Assembly (NCBI GenBank): GCA_963707215.1
Contig: CAVPPB010000004.1
Span: 45,586-109,585 of the forward strand
From: an uncultured Chloroflexia bacterium
Lineage (GTDB): Bacteria > Chloroflexota > Limnocylindria > Limnocylindrales > CSP1-4
Length of the DNA stretch: 64,000 nt
Direction of reading: 5' to 3'
Shown one piece after another: positions 1 to 10,565 of this stretch. Each line of letters opens with the position of its first letter. The stretch's first letter is position 1. Below the pieces are notes generated by a model that was not told the DNA's origin, ran no database searches, and saw only the letters and a list, made by a program, of their open reading frames with translations. Made by a program: the position numbers and the translations under genes.

Positions 1-552
1 GACGGTGATGCCGCCAAGCAGGTCGGGGTCGACCTCGGCCCGGATGTCGACGGTCGTCCCGGCGAGCTGCTGGATGCGGGTGCGGACGGCCTCCAGCTCG
101 TCGGCGGCGAGCGGCGTCGGTGTGGTGACGACGGCCTCGGTTAGGCCCCGGCGGCGATCGAGCAATCGCTTGTACTCGCGGGCGATCGCCGGCAGGCGGG
201 AAAGCCGGCGACGCTCGAGGAGCAGCTCGACGAGGTTCAGGACCTGCCCGCGGACCGGTCCGAGGGCCGCGCCACGGACCACCGCGATGGTGGCCCCGAG
301 CGACCGACGACCCTCCAGGAGGTCGTCGACCACGCTGCTGATCGACTCGACGCCGAGGGCCGCCCGGACGGCCCGGCGTCGCTGCTCGATGGGGACGGCC
401 GGGTTCTCCACGATCCGCAGCACCTCTGGCGGCCCGAGCGCGGCGGCGGCCGCTTCGAGAGCGACCGACCAGGCGTCCTCGGTGTCGTCGCGGACGGCGA
501 GCTCAGAGATCGCCTCGGCGTAGCGGCGCGCGGAAGAGCGGCGGCCGGCCAT
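1..552 (-). CDS. atpH: F1 ATP synthase subunit delta (3' end runs out of the window)
   Basis: Manual translation from ATG at 552: MAGRSSARRYAEAI...VLNLVELLLERRRL...VDPDLLGGITV, delta/OSCP motifs; directly follows atpF. Confidence 0.9.
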   Translation of the reverse strand, partial: MAGRRSSARRYAEAISELAVRDDTEDAWSVALEAAAAALGPPEVLRIVENPAVPIEQRRRAVRAALGVESISSVVDDLLEGRRSLGATIAVVRGAALGPVRGQVLNLVELLLERRRLSRLPAIAREYKRLLDRRRGLTEAVVTTPTPLAADELEAVRTRIQQLAGTTVDIRAEVDPDLLGGITV

Positions 553-1130
553 CAGCCCCTGGGACTCCCGCCGGAACCGGTCTCGGCCAGGAATTCCTGG
601 ACCAGGCGGCGCTGGCGCTCGTCGTCCATCGATTCGCCGACGACCCGGCCGGCCGCGGCCAGGGCGAGGTCGGCGACCTCGGCCCGCAGATCGGCGATGG
701 CCCGGTGCTTCTCGGCTTCGATGTCGGCGGAGGCCCGCGTCCGGAGCGCCTCGAGCTCCTTGCGGGTCGCGGCGATGTCGGCCTCGCGGCTCTCCTGTGA
801 CACCTTCTGGGCGCGGGCGATGATCTCGCTCGCCTCCCGTCGAGCCTCGGCGAGGGCGGCCAGGCGCTCCTGCTCCGCGCTCTCGCGATCCCGTCGCGCC
901 TGCTCCGCGTCCTTCAACCCCTGCTCGATCCGCTCCCGGCGCTCGTTGAGCATCCGGGTGAGCGGACCCCAGGCGAACCAGGTGATGACGAAGAAGAAGA
1001 AGAGGAAGTTGAGCGACGAGACGATGATCCAGAACAGGTTCAGCTGGAAGCCGCCGCCCTCCCCCTCGGCCTCGGCGGCCAGGGCGATGACGTCGGCGGC
1101 AACGCCGCCTGCGACGGCGAGCAGGTCCAC
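552..1130 (-). CDS. atpF: F0 ATP synthase subunit b
   Basis: N-terminal TM helix followed by charged coiled coil (ERRERIEQGLKDAE); position in the atp operon. Confidence 0.95.
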   Translation of the reverse strand: MDLLAVAGGVAADVIALAAEAEGEGGGFQLNLFWIIVSSLNFLFFFFVITWFAWGPLTRMLNERRERIEQGLKDAEQARRDRESAEQERLAALAEARREASEIIARAQKVSQESREADIAATRKELEALRTRASADIEAEKHRAIADLRAEVADLALAAAGRVVGESMDDERQRRLVQEFLAETGSGGSPRG

Positions 1131-1152
1131 GATCGTCTCCGAGGGTCGGTGA

Positions 1153-1377
1153 TCAGGCGGCGGCCGGGCTCAGGAAGATCGCCAGCAGGCCGACGACGAC
1201 CGCGAGCACCCCGAGGCCTTCGGCGAACGCCGCGCCGAGGATGAACTGGAGGCGCATCGCCGGGGCAGCATCGGGGTTGCGGCCGATGGCGGCGTTGGTC
1301 ATGCCGCCGAGGATGCCGATGCCGATGCCGGGGCCGATGACGCCGAGCGCCGCGAGGCCAGCTCCGAGCAGTTCCAT
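1153..1377 (-). CDS. atpE: F0 ATP synthase subunit c
   Basis: 74-aa hairpin, GxGxG, RNP loop, conserved Glu in AFAEGL. Confidence 0.95.
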   Translation of the reverse strand: MELLGAGLAALGVIGPGIGIGILGGMTNAAIGRNPDAAPAMRLQFILGAAFAEGLGVLAVVVGLLAIFLSPAAA

Positions 1378-1428
1378 GGTCTGTCCGTTCCTCCTGGTTC
1401 GCTCCGGACCGCGCCGGAGCCACTGGGC

Positions 1429-2466
1429 CTAGGTGGTGGGGATCGCCTGCGCCGCATCGTATGCCGGATCCGAGAGCTCTCGAGCGGCATGTTCCTGCGC
1501 CGAGGCGTGCTCCTCCTCGTGGTGCGGCCCCTCGATGGCGAGGAGCGTGAACATGAGGGTGAGGAGGCTGAAGATGAGGGCCTGGACCACGTTGAGGATC
1601 AGTTCCAGGCCGTAGATGGCGATCGGGACGATCGCGATGAGCAGTCCGGTGACGACCCCGAGGGCGACCTCGCCGCCGTAGATGTTGCCGAAGAGTCGCA
1701 TGGCCAGGGTGAGCGGCTTGATGAACTCGAGCAGGAACTCGATCACCCCGACGAACAGGCCGATGAGGCCGGCCCCGATCCCGCGCCGGAACTCCCCGAG
1801 CGGGAAGAACTTGCCGAGGTAGCCAAGCACCCCGAGCGAACGGACGCCCTCGACATGGAAGATCACGAAGCTCACGAGAGCGAGGCCGACGGTGATGTTG
1901 ACGTCGCTCGTGGGCGCCCGCAGGAACTCGACCTTGCCGATGACCGGCATCAGGCCGCTCCAGTTCGAGAACAGGATGTAGACGAAGAGCGAGGCGAAGA
2001 GCGGCACGTAACGGATGGCCGCCGGGCCGCCGATGCCCTCAGCGAACGAGTACAGGCCGCCGTAGAGCCACTCGATCGCGTTCTGCTTCTTGCTGGGCAT
2101 GAGCGTCAGGCCGCGGGTCAGCACGAACGCCACGACCAGCAGGACGGCGATGATCAGCCAGCTGGTGAAGATCGTCGACGAGATCGTGAAGTCGACGACG
2201 ACGAGGCCATCCGGCGCGTGGGCACCGGGCGGGAAGATCACGTGCGGGGCCACCGGCTCGAGGTTCTTCTTGATGGCGTCGGCCGGGTAGGTCGCGTCGG
2301 CTCCCGGCTCCGCCGCGGGCATACCGATGAACAGGAAGGCCAGGACGTCGAGGACGATGACGACGACCGCCAGGATGGCGATCGGCCGGAAGGACGGCCG
2401 ACGGGTCGTCGCCTCGAGCTCCGTCTCGATCGGGTCGCTGGTCGCGGTGGTCGGCTCGGTCGCCAA
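1429..2466 (-). CDS. atpB: F0 ATP synthase subunit a
   Basis: PTSDVN, LAMRLFGN and VQALIF motifs; TTG start. Confidence 0.95.
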   Translation of the reverse strand: MATEPTTATSDPIETELEATTRRPSFRPIAILAVVVIVLDVLAFLFIGMPAAEPGADATYPADAIKKNLEPVAPHVIFPPGAHAPDGLVVVDFTISSTIFTSWLIIAVLLVVAFVLTRGLTLMPSKKQNAIEWLYGGLYSFAEGIGGPAAIRYVPLFASLFVYILFSNWSGLMPVIGKVEFLRAPTSDVNITVGLALVSFVIFHVEGVRSLGVLGYLGKFFPLGEFRRGIGAGLIGLFVGVIEFLLEFIKPLTLAMRLFGNIYGGEVALGVVTGLLIAIVPIAIYGLELILNVVQALIFSLLTLMFTLLAIEGPHHEEEHASAQEHAARELSDPAYDAAQAIPTT

Positions 2467-2509
2467 GCGGGGGTCTCTCCACGCGCAGAACGCGGCGTGT
2501 CCGCCGCGC

Positions 2510-2732
2510 TCAGTCGAAATCTTGCCATGAACCTGGCGATGAGTCGGTACACGGCCAGGCCGCCGATGGTCAGCCCGACCAGGAAGCCGACGAGGACGAA
2601 GACCGGGAGCGTTCCGAGGGTCCCGTCCAGCCAGTATCCGGCGAGCACACCCGCCAGGACGACGACGAGGAACACGAACCCGATCTGGCTGAAGAGGACG
2701 ACGTAAGCCGCGACCGATCCGAGCCCGCTCAT
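2510..2732 (-). CDS. AtpZ/AtpI-family small membrane protein (apparent 1-nt indel near the 3' end)
   Basis: MSGLGSV...GYWLDGTLGTLPVFVLVGFLVG pattern; removing one T of TTT near 2518 gives ...ARFD* at 2510; first gene of the atp operon. Confidence 0.75.
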
Positions 2733-2756
2733 CCGGTCCCTAACGAGCGCGCCGGG

Positions 2757-2765
2757 AGTATAGCA
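2757..2765 (-). promoter_or_regulatory. Extended -10 promoter of the atp operon
   Basis: TGCTATACT on the minus strand about 25 nt upstream of the atpZ-like ATG. Confidence 0.55.
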
Positions 2766-2834
2766 GGCGGGCCGCGCGAGCCGCAGGCGGGCATCCGCGG
2801 CCGGGTCGGCGACCCGGGAAGCCCATGCCACCGT

Positions 2835-3662
2835 TCACGGCGTCGGCGTCGGCGTCGGGTCCGGCGACGGCTCGACGCTCGGCTCCGGGCTCGGGTCCTG
2901 GCTCGGCGCGGGACTAGGCTCCGACGTCGGCTCCACGGTCGGCTCCACCGAGGCGGACGGGCTTGGCTCGACCGACGGAGCGGCGGTCGGGGTGGAGGTC
3001 GGGCGCGGCGTCGGACGTGGTGTCGGGCGCGGGGTGGGACGTGGCGTGGCCGTGGGCCCGTTCGCAGGTGGCGCGGAGGCCGTCGATGACGGAGACGGGA
3101 TCGCGCTCCCGAGCGGCGACGAGCTGACATCCGGACTCGGCTCGCTGGTGGGCTCCGCGGTCGCCTCGGACGAAGCCGAGCCGGCCGGGGCCACGGTCGC
3201 GGCCGGGCTCCCCCCGGCATCCTCGGGGGCCGAGGTCGCGCCCAGGACACCCTCCCCGGGAACCGGTCCGCCGGGCAGGGCGATGATGGCCAGGGCGAGT
3301 GCCGATCCGAGCATCATCACGACGGCGGTGTCGCGCCGCAGGCGAGCCCGCGGGTCGGGTGGAGGCTCCGCCGGCCGTCGCGCGAGGGCGGTCATGGCGG
3401 CACCCGAGACGACCAGCCGGCGAGGCTGGACGATCCGCGGCCCATCATCCGGCTCCGCGACTGCGGAGGCCGCGGCCGGTCGCCGCAACCGCGCCGAGAT
3501 AGCGGCGGCGATGCCCGTGCCCGGCAATGGCGGCCGAGCCTGCGAGCGACGCCAGAGCCAGTCGTGCCGGAGGACCCAGAGCCCCGCCAGCAGGGCCGCG
3601 GCCAGCACCAGGACGATGATCAGCTCAAGCGACACGTTGGCTCCGGAACGGGGGCCGGGCAC
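2835..3662 (-). CDS. Membrane-anchored Pro/Ser/Thr-rich hypothetical protein
   Basis: Two hydrophobic segments then a long P/S/T tail with tandem PTPR; start may be GTG at 3635. Confidence 0.6.
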   Translation of the reverse strand: MPGPRSGANVSLELIIVLVLAAALLAGLWVLRHDWLWRRSQARPPLPGTGIAAAISARLRRPAAASAVAEPDDGPRIVQPRRLVVSGAAMTALARRPAEPPPDPRARLRRDTAVVMMLGSALALAIIALPGGPVPGEGVLGATSAPEDAGGSPAATVAPAGSASSEATAEPTSEPSPDVSSSPLGSAIPSPSSTASAPPANGPTATPRPTPRPTPRPTPRPTSTPTAAPSVEPSPSASVEPTVEPTSEPSPAPSQDPSPEPSVEPSPDPTPTPTP

Positions 3663-3729
3663 GGGTGGTCCCGCTTCGAACCGATGCTACCGCACGACCC
3701 GCGACCGTCGGGATCGACGTCGTCGGTCG

Positions 3730-4929
3730 TCAGGATCCCCGGTCGGTCGGGGCCGGGCCGGGTCTTGCGTCTACGCCCGGCGTCCGGTCCTCAGCGGCGT
3801 CCCCGTTCGCGCCCGGCCTCTCATCGGCGCCGACCTCCTCATATGAGGCGGCCCGCAGCTCATCGGCGACGAGCGATCGGCGCGCCAGGAAGAAGAGGCC
3901 CAGCCCGAGGATCACCAACAGGCCGAGGAACGCATAGATCTGCCCGGTCCCGGAGAGGAGCAGCGACAGCAGGGCCAGGGCGCCGCAGATCGCGTAGATG
4001 AGCAGGACGGTCTGGGTGTGCGAGAGGCCCAGGTCGAGCAGACGGTGGTGGATGTGGCCTCGGTCGGGACTGAAGGGAGCCCGACCACCGGCCAGGCGGC
4101 GGACGATGATCCAGAAGGTGTCGATGATCGGGACGCCCAGAACGAGCAGCGCGACCGCCACCTTGGCCGTCCCGAGGACCGCCAGTACGGCCAGGGTGAA
4201 GCCGAGGAACATCGTCCCGCTCGTGCCGGCGAAGATCGTGGCCGGGTGGAAGTTCCAGCGCAGGAACCCGAGCAGGGCCCCGGCCAGGGCGAAGCAGAGC
4301 ACGGCGATGAGCGGCTGGCCGATGGTCGTCGTCAGGCTGATGATCCCCAGCGTCACCGCGGCGATGATGCCGATGCCCGTCGAGAGGCCGTCAAGCCCGT
4401 CGATGAAGTTGACGCTGTTGATCATCCCGACGATCCAGAACACCGTGAAGCCGACCGCCAACCAGCCGTCCAGGACGATGATGCCGCCGAGTGGCGCGTT
4501 GATAAAGCCGACCTCGATACCGAGAGCGACCGCCCAGACGGCCAAGCCGACCTGGCCCAGGAGCTGCCAGCGGGCCCGGAGCTGGAGGTAGTCGTCGATC
4601 AGCCCGATGAGGGCCGCGAGCGCCGCCCCGCCGAGCAGGGCGATGAGCTCGGGAGCGCCGACGAAGGTGGGGACCGGGACCAGCAGCAGCCGGTCGTTGA
4701 CGACGATCACCCCCAGGGCGACGAGGATGAACGACGCAGCCGTGGCCAGGCCGCCGGCCCTGGGGACGGGGTCCACGTTGACCCGGCGGGCCTCCGGCTC
4801 GTCGACCATCCCGAGCCGGATGACCGTCCGCCGCACGATCGGCGTCAGGACGAGCGCCAGCAACGCGGCCACGACGAGCGCCCCGACGATCAGCGGCAGA
4901 CTGTCGCTGGCCGAGGCGATGAACCTCAC
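3730..4929 (-). CDS. Polyprenyl-phosphate GlcNAc-1-P transferase (WecA/TagO/MraY-like, glycosyltransferase 4)
   Basis: GLIDD, NSVNFIDGLDGL, WNFHPATIF and DRGHIHHRL motifs; multiple TM helices. Confidence 0.9.
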   Translation of the reverse strand: MRFIASASDSLPLIVGALVVAALLALVLTPIVRRTVIRLGMVDEPEARRVNVDPVPRAGGLATAASFILVALGVIVVNDRLLLVPVPTFVGAPELIALLGGAALAALIGLIDDYLQLRARWQLLGQVGLAVWAVALGIEVGFINAPLGGIIVLDGWLAVGFTVFWIVGMINSVNFIDGLDGLSTGIGIIAAVTLGIISLTTTIGQPLIAVLCFALAGALLGFLRWNFHPATIFAGTSGTMFLGFTLAVLAVLGTAKVAVALLVLGVPIIDTFWIIVRRLAGGRAPFSPDRGHIHHRLLDLGLSHTQTVLLIYAICGALALLSLLLSGTGQIYAFLGLLVILGLGLFFLARRSLVADELRAASYEEVGADERPGANGDAAEDRTPGVDARPGPAPTDRGS

Positions 4930-4981
4930 CGTTCCCGCTCCCGCGACCCGGTCGGCGTCAGCGACTCGCGGCGGGTCGCGC

Positions 4982-6313
4982 TCACGTCTCCCGGAGGCCA
5001 GGGACCGGGAAGCGATCGGTGATCGCCCGCGCCTCGGCGGCGAGCCGATCGAGCGCGGCGTCGTCGTCCCGGGAGCGGATGGCCTCGACGATGATCCGGG
5101 CTACGTCGCGCATCTCCTCCAGGCCGAAGCCGCGGGTCGTGGTGGCCGGCGTGCCCAGGCGTATGCCCGACGCGACGTTCGGCGGGTTCTGGTCGAAGGG
5201 GATGGCGTTCTTGTTGACCGAGATCGCGATCCGCTCGTCGAGGAGGCGTTCCGCCTCGACCCCGGTGACCCCGAGCGGCGTCACGTCGACCAGGACCAGG
5301 TGGTTATCGGTGCCGCCCGACACGACCCTGGCCCCGGCCTCCGCGAGCGCTTCGGCCAGGGCGCGGGCGTTCGCCACGACAGCCTGCTGATAGTCACGGA
5401 AGGACGGCTCGAGGGCAAGCTTGAAGCCGACCGCCTTGCCGGCCAGGACGTGCATGAGGGGCCCGCCCTGGGCGCCCGGGAAGACGCTCTTGTCGATCGC
5501 GGTCGCCAGCGAGCCGCGGACCATCGGGTAGTCGGCCGGATCGACGTCGGGCGGCAGGTCGCGTCGGCTGAAGACCAGGCCGCCCCTGGCGCCTCGCAGC
5601 GTCTTGTGGGTCGTCGACGTCACGATGTCGCCGTGGGGGAACGGGCTCGGATGGACCCCGCCGGCGACGAGGCCGGCGATGTGAGCCATGTCCACGAGCA
5701 GCAGGGCGCCGACATCGTGGGCGATCACGGCGAGCCGCTCGAAGTCCCACGCCCGCGGGTACGCCGAGGCGCCACCGATGATCAGGCGGGGCCGAACAGC
5801 GCGAGCCCGCGCCTCCAGCACGTCGTAGTCGATCCGCTCGGTCTCGCGCTCGACGCCGTAGGCATGGACCTCGTAGAGCCGACCGCTGAAGTTGACCGGC
5901 GACCCGTGGGTCAGGTGTCCACCGTGGGCCAGGTCCATGCCCAGGATCCGGTCGCCGGGCCGAAGGACCGCGAAGTAGGCTGCCATGTTGGCCTGGGCAC
6001 CGGAGTGGGGCTGGACGTTCACGTGCTCCGAGCCGGGGAAGAGGGCGAGGGCGCGCTCCTGGGCGAGCCGCTCGGCGACGTCCACGTACTCGCAGCCGGC
6101 GTAGTAGCGACGGCCGGGCAGACCCTCGGCGTACTTGTTCGTCAACCAGGAACCCTGGGCCTCCATGACGGCCGCCGGGGCGTAGTTCTCCGAGGCGATG
6201 AGCTCGATGTTGCGGTGCTGGCGGCGGCGCTCGGCCACCAGGGCGTCCCAGAGGTCGGGGTCAACGTCGGCCACGCTCGCCCAGGCCGTTCCGGTCGCCG
6301 TCGTGGCGGTCAT
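4982..6313 (-). CDS. glyA: Serine hydroxymethyltransferase
   Basis: [29 protein letters not shown] (PLP Lys); ATG at 6313 with GGAGG SD. Confidence 0.97.
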   Translation of the reverse strand: MTATTATGTAWASVADVDPDLWDALVAERRRQHRNIELIASENYAPAAVMEAQGSWLTNKYAEGLPGRRYYAGCEYVDVAERLAQERALALFPGSEHVNVQPHSGAQANMAAYFAVLRPGDRILGMDLAHGGHLTHGSPVNFSGRLYEVHAYGVERETERIDYDVLEARARAVRPRLIIGGASAYPRAWDFERLAVIAHDVGALLLVDMAHIAGLVAGGVHPSPFPHGDIVTSTTHKTLRGARGGLVFSRRDLPPDVDPADYPMVRGSLATAIDKSVFPGAQGGPLMHVLAGKAVGFKLALEPSFRDYQQAVVANARALAEALAEAGARVVSGGTDNHLVLVDVTPLGVTGVEAERLLDERIAISVNKNAIPFDQNPPNVASGIRLGTPATTTRGFGLEEMRDVARIIVEAIRSRDDDAALDRLAAEARAITDRFPVPGLRET

Positions 6314-6442
6314 GGGTCGGTCTCCTCCAAGCCGAAGGCCCGGCGACCCGACCATGTCAGGCTGGCCTGTGATGCGGCCGCGGGTCGTCGTCGGCGTCGC
6401 GGCCTATCGTCCCACACCGACGCCGCCGGTGAGCAGGGCGCA

Positions 6443-7462
6443 TCAGCCCGGCCGGGCCGACTCCGCCTCGTGCAGCTCCCCATCGTCCAGCTCCGCCCTG
6501 GCGTTCTCCCGGGCTGCCGCCCCTTCCTCGAGCCAGCGGGCCATGTTGCGGGTCACCGCAGTCGGCGACGCCAGGACCAGGTCCTCGATCAGGCGAGCCG
6601 CGCCCTCGTCCTCGAGGGGCGGTGGATGGTACCTGGCGAGCCGGCGGACTTCGGCGGGCGCGCTGGGCATGGCGGCGCCGTGGCCGACGGCCCGGATCAT
6701 CTCGGCGTCGTTCCACTGGTCGCCGATGGCGAGCGCCTGGGACAGGGGGACGTCTCTCCGTCGAGCCAGCCGAGTCAGCGCACGCGCCTTTGAGACGCCC
6801 GGGGCGACGAACTCGAGGAATCGAGGATGGCTGAGGGTGACCTCAGCGCGACCTGCGAAGGCGGCCCGGCCCGCCGCCAGGAGCCCCGGGGCGACCTTCG
6901 GGTCGCCGACCGAGATCACCTTGGTCACCGGCCGCCGGATGGCTCCCTCCAGGTCGGGCACGAAGGTCGCCCGCGCCCCGAGGAACGACGAGTAGTCGTC
7001 GGCCCGGGGATCGTCGGCCGGCAGGATGAACCGCTCGAGGTGGTTGACGTGGGGCTCGAGACCGTTGGCCCGGCTCCAGCGGATCGCCGCGCGGGCGACG
7101 TCGGCGGCCAGTGGCGTGTGGGCGATGATGCGACCGACGGGACGGACCGCGCCGCCGCGCGCCCTGGCGCCGGGTCCGGGCATCTCGCGGATGAGGGCCC
7201 CCTGGAAGGCGACGATCGGGTCGCGGATCCCCAGGGCCTCGGCGAAGACCACCGCGCTCGAGGCCATCCGGCCCGTGGCAAGCGAGACGGCGACCCCTCG
7301 ATCGACGGCCGCCCGGACCGCGTCACGGGTGCGGTCGCGGAGGAGCAGATCATCGCCGACGAGCGTGCCGTCGATATCGAGGGCGATCAGGCGGATCGGC
7401 AGTCGTGGCTCGGGCCCCGGGTCCATCGCCGTGGCGGGGCGGGCTCGCGATGCGGCGGTCAA
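6443..7462 (-). CDS. Cof-type HAD-IIB hydrolase
   Basis: DIDGTL, ATGR, VSKA and GDQWNDAEM motifs. Confidence 0.9.
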   Translation of the reverse strand: MTAASRARPATAMDPGPEPRLPIRLIALDIDGTLVGDDLLLRDRTRDAVRAAVDRGVAVSLATGRMASSAVVFAEALGIRDPIVAFQGALIREMPGPGARARGGAVRPVGRIIAHTPLAADVARAAIRWSRANGLEPHVNHLERFILPADDPRADDYSSFLGARATFVPDLEGAIRRPVTKVISVGDPKVAPGLLAAGRAAFAGRAEVTLSHPRFLEFVAPGVSKARALTRLARRRDVPLSQALAIGDQWNDAEMIRAVGHGAAMPSAPAEVRRLARYHPPPLEDEGAARLIEDLVLASPTAVTRNMARWLEEGAAARENARAELDDGELHEAESARPG

Positions 7463-8355
7463 CCCGGACGCCTGACCCGGGCGACGCGCGGCAGGTCGGC
7501 GAGATCCCGCTCGACCGTGCAGCGCCAGCCCGGCAGCACCGACGCGACCGCGGCAACGACGCCGTCTTCCTGGTCGGCCCCGATCTCGAGCAGGGCGACG
7601 CCGTCGATGGCCAGGTGGCGACGGAGGCGCTCCAGGAGCGCCCGGATGACGGCCAGACCATCTTCGCCGCCGTCGAGGGCCGCGGCCGGCTCGTAGGCCG
7701 TGGGGCGCGGCAGCGAGGCCATGGCGTCGGACCGCACGTAGGGCAGGTTCGCCATCACCACGTCGTAGGCGACGTCATCGGGCGGCAGCAGGTCGGCGAC
7801 CAGGAGACGGACCGAGTCGGCCAGGACGTGGCTGACCACGTTCTCGGCGGCCACCCCCAGGGCGTCCGGCGAGACATCCGTCGCCAATATCGTCACGTCC
7901 TCGAGCATCCGTCGGCGACGGAGATCCACGGCCACGGCCACGGCCACCGCCCCGCTGCCGGTGCCGACGTCGACGAGCCGCAGCGGCGGGGTCCCGGGCG
8001 GCCGGGGAGCGGCCGTTAGCCGGGCCACCACCTCGGCGGCAGCAAGGTCCACGAGCCGCTCCGTCTCGGGCCTGGGGATCAGGACGCGCGGATCGACGCT
8101 GAGGGCGAGACCGTGGAACTCCTTGACACCCCGGATGTAGGCGACCGGCTCGCCCGCCTCGCGCCGGGCGATCAGCTCGCGGTAGGCCGCCGCGGCTGCC
8201 TCGCCGACCGGGGCCTCCCCGTGGGCCACCATCCGGGTCCGGTCCAGATCGAGGACGTGGCCGAGCAGCAGCTCCGCGTCGAGCCGGGGTGTCTCGGTGA
8301 CCGTCCCGCGGAGGGCCGCGGTGCCCTCGGCCAGCAGCTCGGCGAGGGTCGTCAT
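7459..8355 (-). CDS. prmC: Release factor glutamine methyltransferase
   Basis: VLIPRPETE, DVGTGSG, NLPY; downstream of prfA. Confidence 0.95.
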   Translation of the reverse strand: MTTLAELLAEGTAALRGTVTETPRLDAELLLGHVLDLDRTRMVAHGEAPVGEAAAAAYRELIARREAGEPVAYIRGVKEFHGLALSVDPRVLIPRPETERLVDLAAAEVVARLTAAPRPPGTPPLRLVDVGTGSGAVAVAVAVDLRRRRMLEDVTILATDVSPDALGVAAENVVSHVLADSVRLLVADLLPPDDVAYDVVMANLPYVRSDAMASLPRPTAYEPAAALDGGEDGLAVIRALLERLRRHLAIDGVALLEIGADQEDGVVAAVASVLPGWRCTVERDLADLPRVARVRRPG

Positions 8356-8363
8356 CGGGCGGC

Positions 8364-9467
8364 TCAGGCGACCCCGGCGGGCTCGGACTCGAGCAGCGCC
8401 GCCAGTCGGTCGGCCTGGTCGGCCGTGGTCAGCGCATCGATCATCTCGTCGAGATCGCCCTCGAGGAAGCCGGGCAGGTCGTACAGGTCCTTGCCGATGC
8501 GATGGTCGGTGATGCGGTTCTGCGGGTAGTTGTAGGTCCGGATCTTGTCGGAGCGGTCACCCGACCCGATCATCGACCGGCGGGCTGCCGAGCCCTCCGC
8601 GCGCTGACGGATCATCTCCTGCTCGTAGAGCCGGGCCCGCAGGACGGCGAGCGCCTTGGCCTTGTTCTTGTGCTGGCTCTTCTCGTCCTGGATCTCGACG
8701 ACGAGGCCGGTCGGCAGGTGGGTGATCCTGACCGCCGAATTGGTCGTGTTGACCGACTGGCCCCCGGGTCCGGACGCCCGCTTCACGTCGATCCGGAGGT
8801 CCTTCTCCTCGTCGATCGCCACGTCGACCTCCTCGGCCTCCGGCATGACGACGACCGTGACGGTCGAGGTGTGGATCCGGCCGGACGATTCGGTGACGGG
8901 AACGCGCTGGACGCGGTGGACGCCGCCCTCGAACTTGAGGCGGCTGTAGGCACCGACCCCGCCCACGCGGACGATGGCCTCCTTGGTGCCGCCGATGCCC
9001 GTCTCGTTGAGGCTCATCAGCTCGGCCCGCCATCGCTGGCGCTCGGCATAGCGCAGGTACATCCTGGTGAGCTCGCTGGCGAAGAGGGCGGCCTCGTCGC
9101 CGCCGGCGCCGGCCCGGATCTCGATGATCACGTCACGGTCGTCGTTGGGGTCGCGCGGCAGGACCAGCAGCCGGAGGCGATCGAGCAGCTCGGCCTCGCG
9201 GGCCTCGAGCCGGTCGGCTTCCTCGCGGGCCATGGCCCGGAGCTCGTCGTCGCTCTCCGCCTCACGCATCTGGTGGGCGCCCGCCAGCTCATCCCGGGTC
9301 CGCTCGAGGTCGCGGTAGGCGGCGACGATCGGCTCGAGCCGGGCCAACTCCTGGCCGAGCCGCCGGATCGCCGTGGGGTCGGACGCGACCGCTGGGTCGG
9401 CCAACTGCGCCTGAACGTCCTCGTGCTGGCGAGCGACCTCGGCCAGGCGTTCGTCGAGCCCCTTCAC
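8364..9467 (-). CDS. prfA: Peptide chain release factor 1
   Basis: PVT recognition motif, GGQ, RTYNYPQ. Confidence 0.97.
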   Translation of the reverse strand: MKGLDERLAEVARQHEDVQAQLADPAVASDPTAIRRLGQELARLEPIVAAYRDLERTRDELAGAHQMREAESDDELRAMAREEADRLEAREAELLDRLRLLVLPRDPNDDRDVIIEIRAGAGGDEAALFASELTRMYLRYAERQRWRAELMSLNETGIGGTKEAIVRVGGVGAYSRLKFEGGVHRVQRVPVTESSGRIHTSTVTVVVMPEAEEVDVAIDEEKDLRIDVKRASGPGGQSVNTTNSAVRITHLPTGLVVEIQDEKSQHKNKAKALAVLRARLYEQEMIRQRAEGSAARRSMIGSGDRSDKIRTYNYPQNRITDHRIGKDLYDLPGFLEGDLDEMIDALTTADQADRLAALLESEPAGVA

Positions 9468-9471
9468 GGGT

Positions 9472-10461
9472 TCACCCGTCGGGCGGGGGGTCGGCGGGTG
9501 CCTGCGGAGCCGGGGCCGGGGCGCCCGTCTCGACCTCCCTGCCCTGCAGGACGAGGGGCGAGCGCGGCAGATCGGCCGAGCCGGCGGGGACCTCGGCGCC
9601 GTCGGCCTGAAGCGCCTGTTCCATCGAGACGATGGCGACCTCGATCATGTCGTCGGTCGGCTGCTTGGTGGTGATCCGCTGGACCAGGATCCCCGGCCAC
9701 ATCAGGGCGGCGACGATCGGGTTGGACCGATAGCGGGCCCCCAGGCGCAGCAGCTCATAGGAGATCGAGGCGATGACCGGGATCAGCAGGATCCGGCTGG
9801 CGACCATGACCAGCGGGGCCTGCCGGCCGACGAAGGCGAAGGCGACGATCGACACGAGGATGACGACGACGAGGAACTCGGTCCCGCAGCGGGGGTGGGC
9901 CGTCGGGTACTTGCGGATCTCATCGGTCGTCAGCGCGTCGCCATGCTCGTAGGCATGGATCGTCATGTGCTCGGCGCCGTGGTACTGGAAGACCCGGCGG
10001 ATGTCCGGCGTCCTCGAGATCAGGGCCAGGTAGCCGATGAAGATGGCGGCTCGGAAGACGCCCTCGGCAAGATGTTGGACCAGCTCGTTGTCGATCCAGC
10101 CGAACAGCAGGCTCGCTCCGAGCAGCGGCGTCAGGAAGAAGATGACGACGCCGAGCAGGAGCGTCAGGCCGAGCATCAGGGCGACCGCACCCTTGCCCAG
10201 CTCCACGCCTTCGCCTTCGGCCTGCAGCGAGGCCGAGCGGATCAGCCAGCGGGTCCCGACCACGAGCGTCTCGTAGAGGACGACCAGCCCGCGGACGAAC
10301 GGCAGCTTGGCCCACCGGGTCTCACGGAAGCCGCCGCGCAGCGCCTCCTGCGACCAGACGATGCCCCCGTCGGGGTGTCGGAAGGCGACCGCGATCGAGT
10401 CCCGACCGCGCATGAGCACGCCTTCGATGAGCGCCTGACCGCCGTAGTTGAACCGTGCCAT
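9472..10461 (-). CDS. DUF1385 membrane protein
   Basis: GGQALIEGV, YHGAEH, HPRCGT; typical rpmE-DUF1385-prfA synteny. Confidence 0.9.
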   Translation of the reverse strand: MARFNYGGQALIEGVLMRGRDSIAVAFRHPDGGIVWSQEALRGGFRETRWAKLPFVRGLVVLYETLVVGTRWLIRSASLQAEGEGVELGKGAVALMLGLTLLLGVVIFFLTPLLGASLLFGWIDNELVQHLAEGVFRAAIFIGYLALISRTPDIRRVFQYHGAEHMTIHAYEHGDALTTDEIRKYPTAHPRCGTEFLVVVILVSIVAFAFVGRQAPLVMVASRILLIPVIASISYELLRLGARYRSNPIVAALMWPGILVQRITTKQPTDDMIEVAIVSMEQALQADGAEVPAGSADLPRSPLVLQGREVETGAPAPAPQAPADPPPDG

Positions 10462-10565
10462 GGGGGCAGTCTACCCGGCGTGCCGCAGCGGGCCATCGGG
10501 GCCGGGAACGCGACGGCGGGCCCGTCGGCCCGCCGCTGGGTCGCCGATCCGGCCTCGCCGGGGTC

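Noticed and set aside
6314-6442. ZMP/ZTP riboswitch upstream of glyA
   Set aside because: The consensus GACUGGCG and CGCCUGGGC elements are absent
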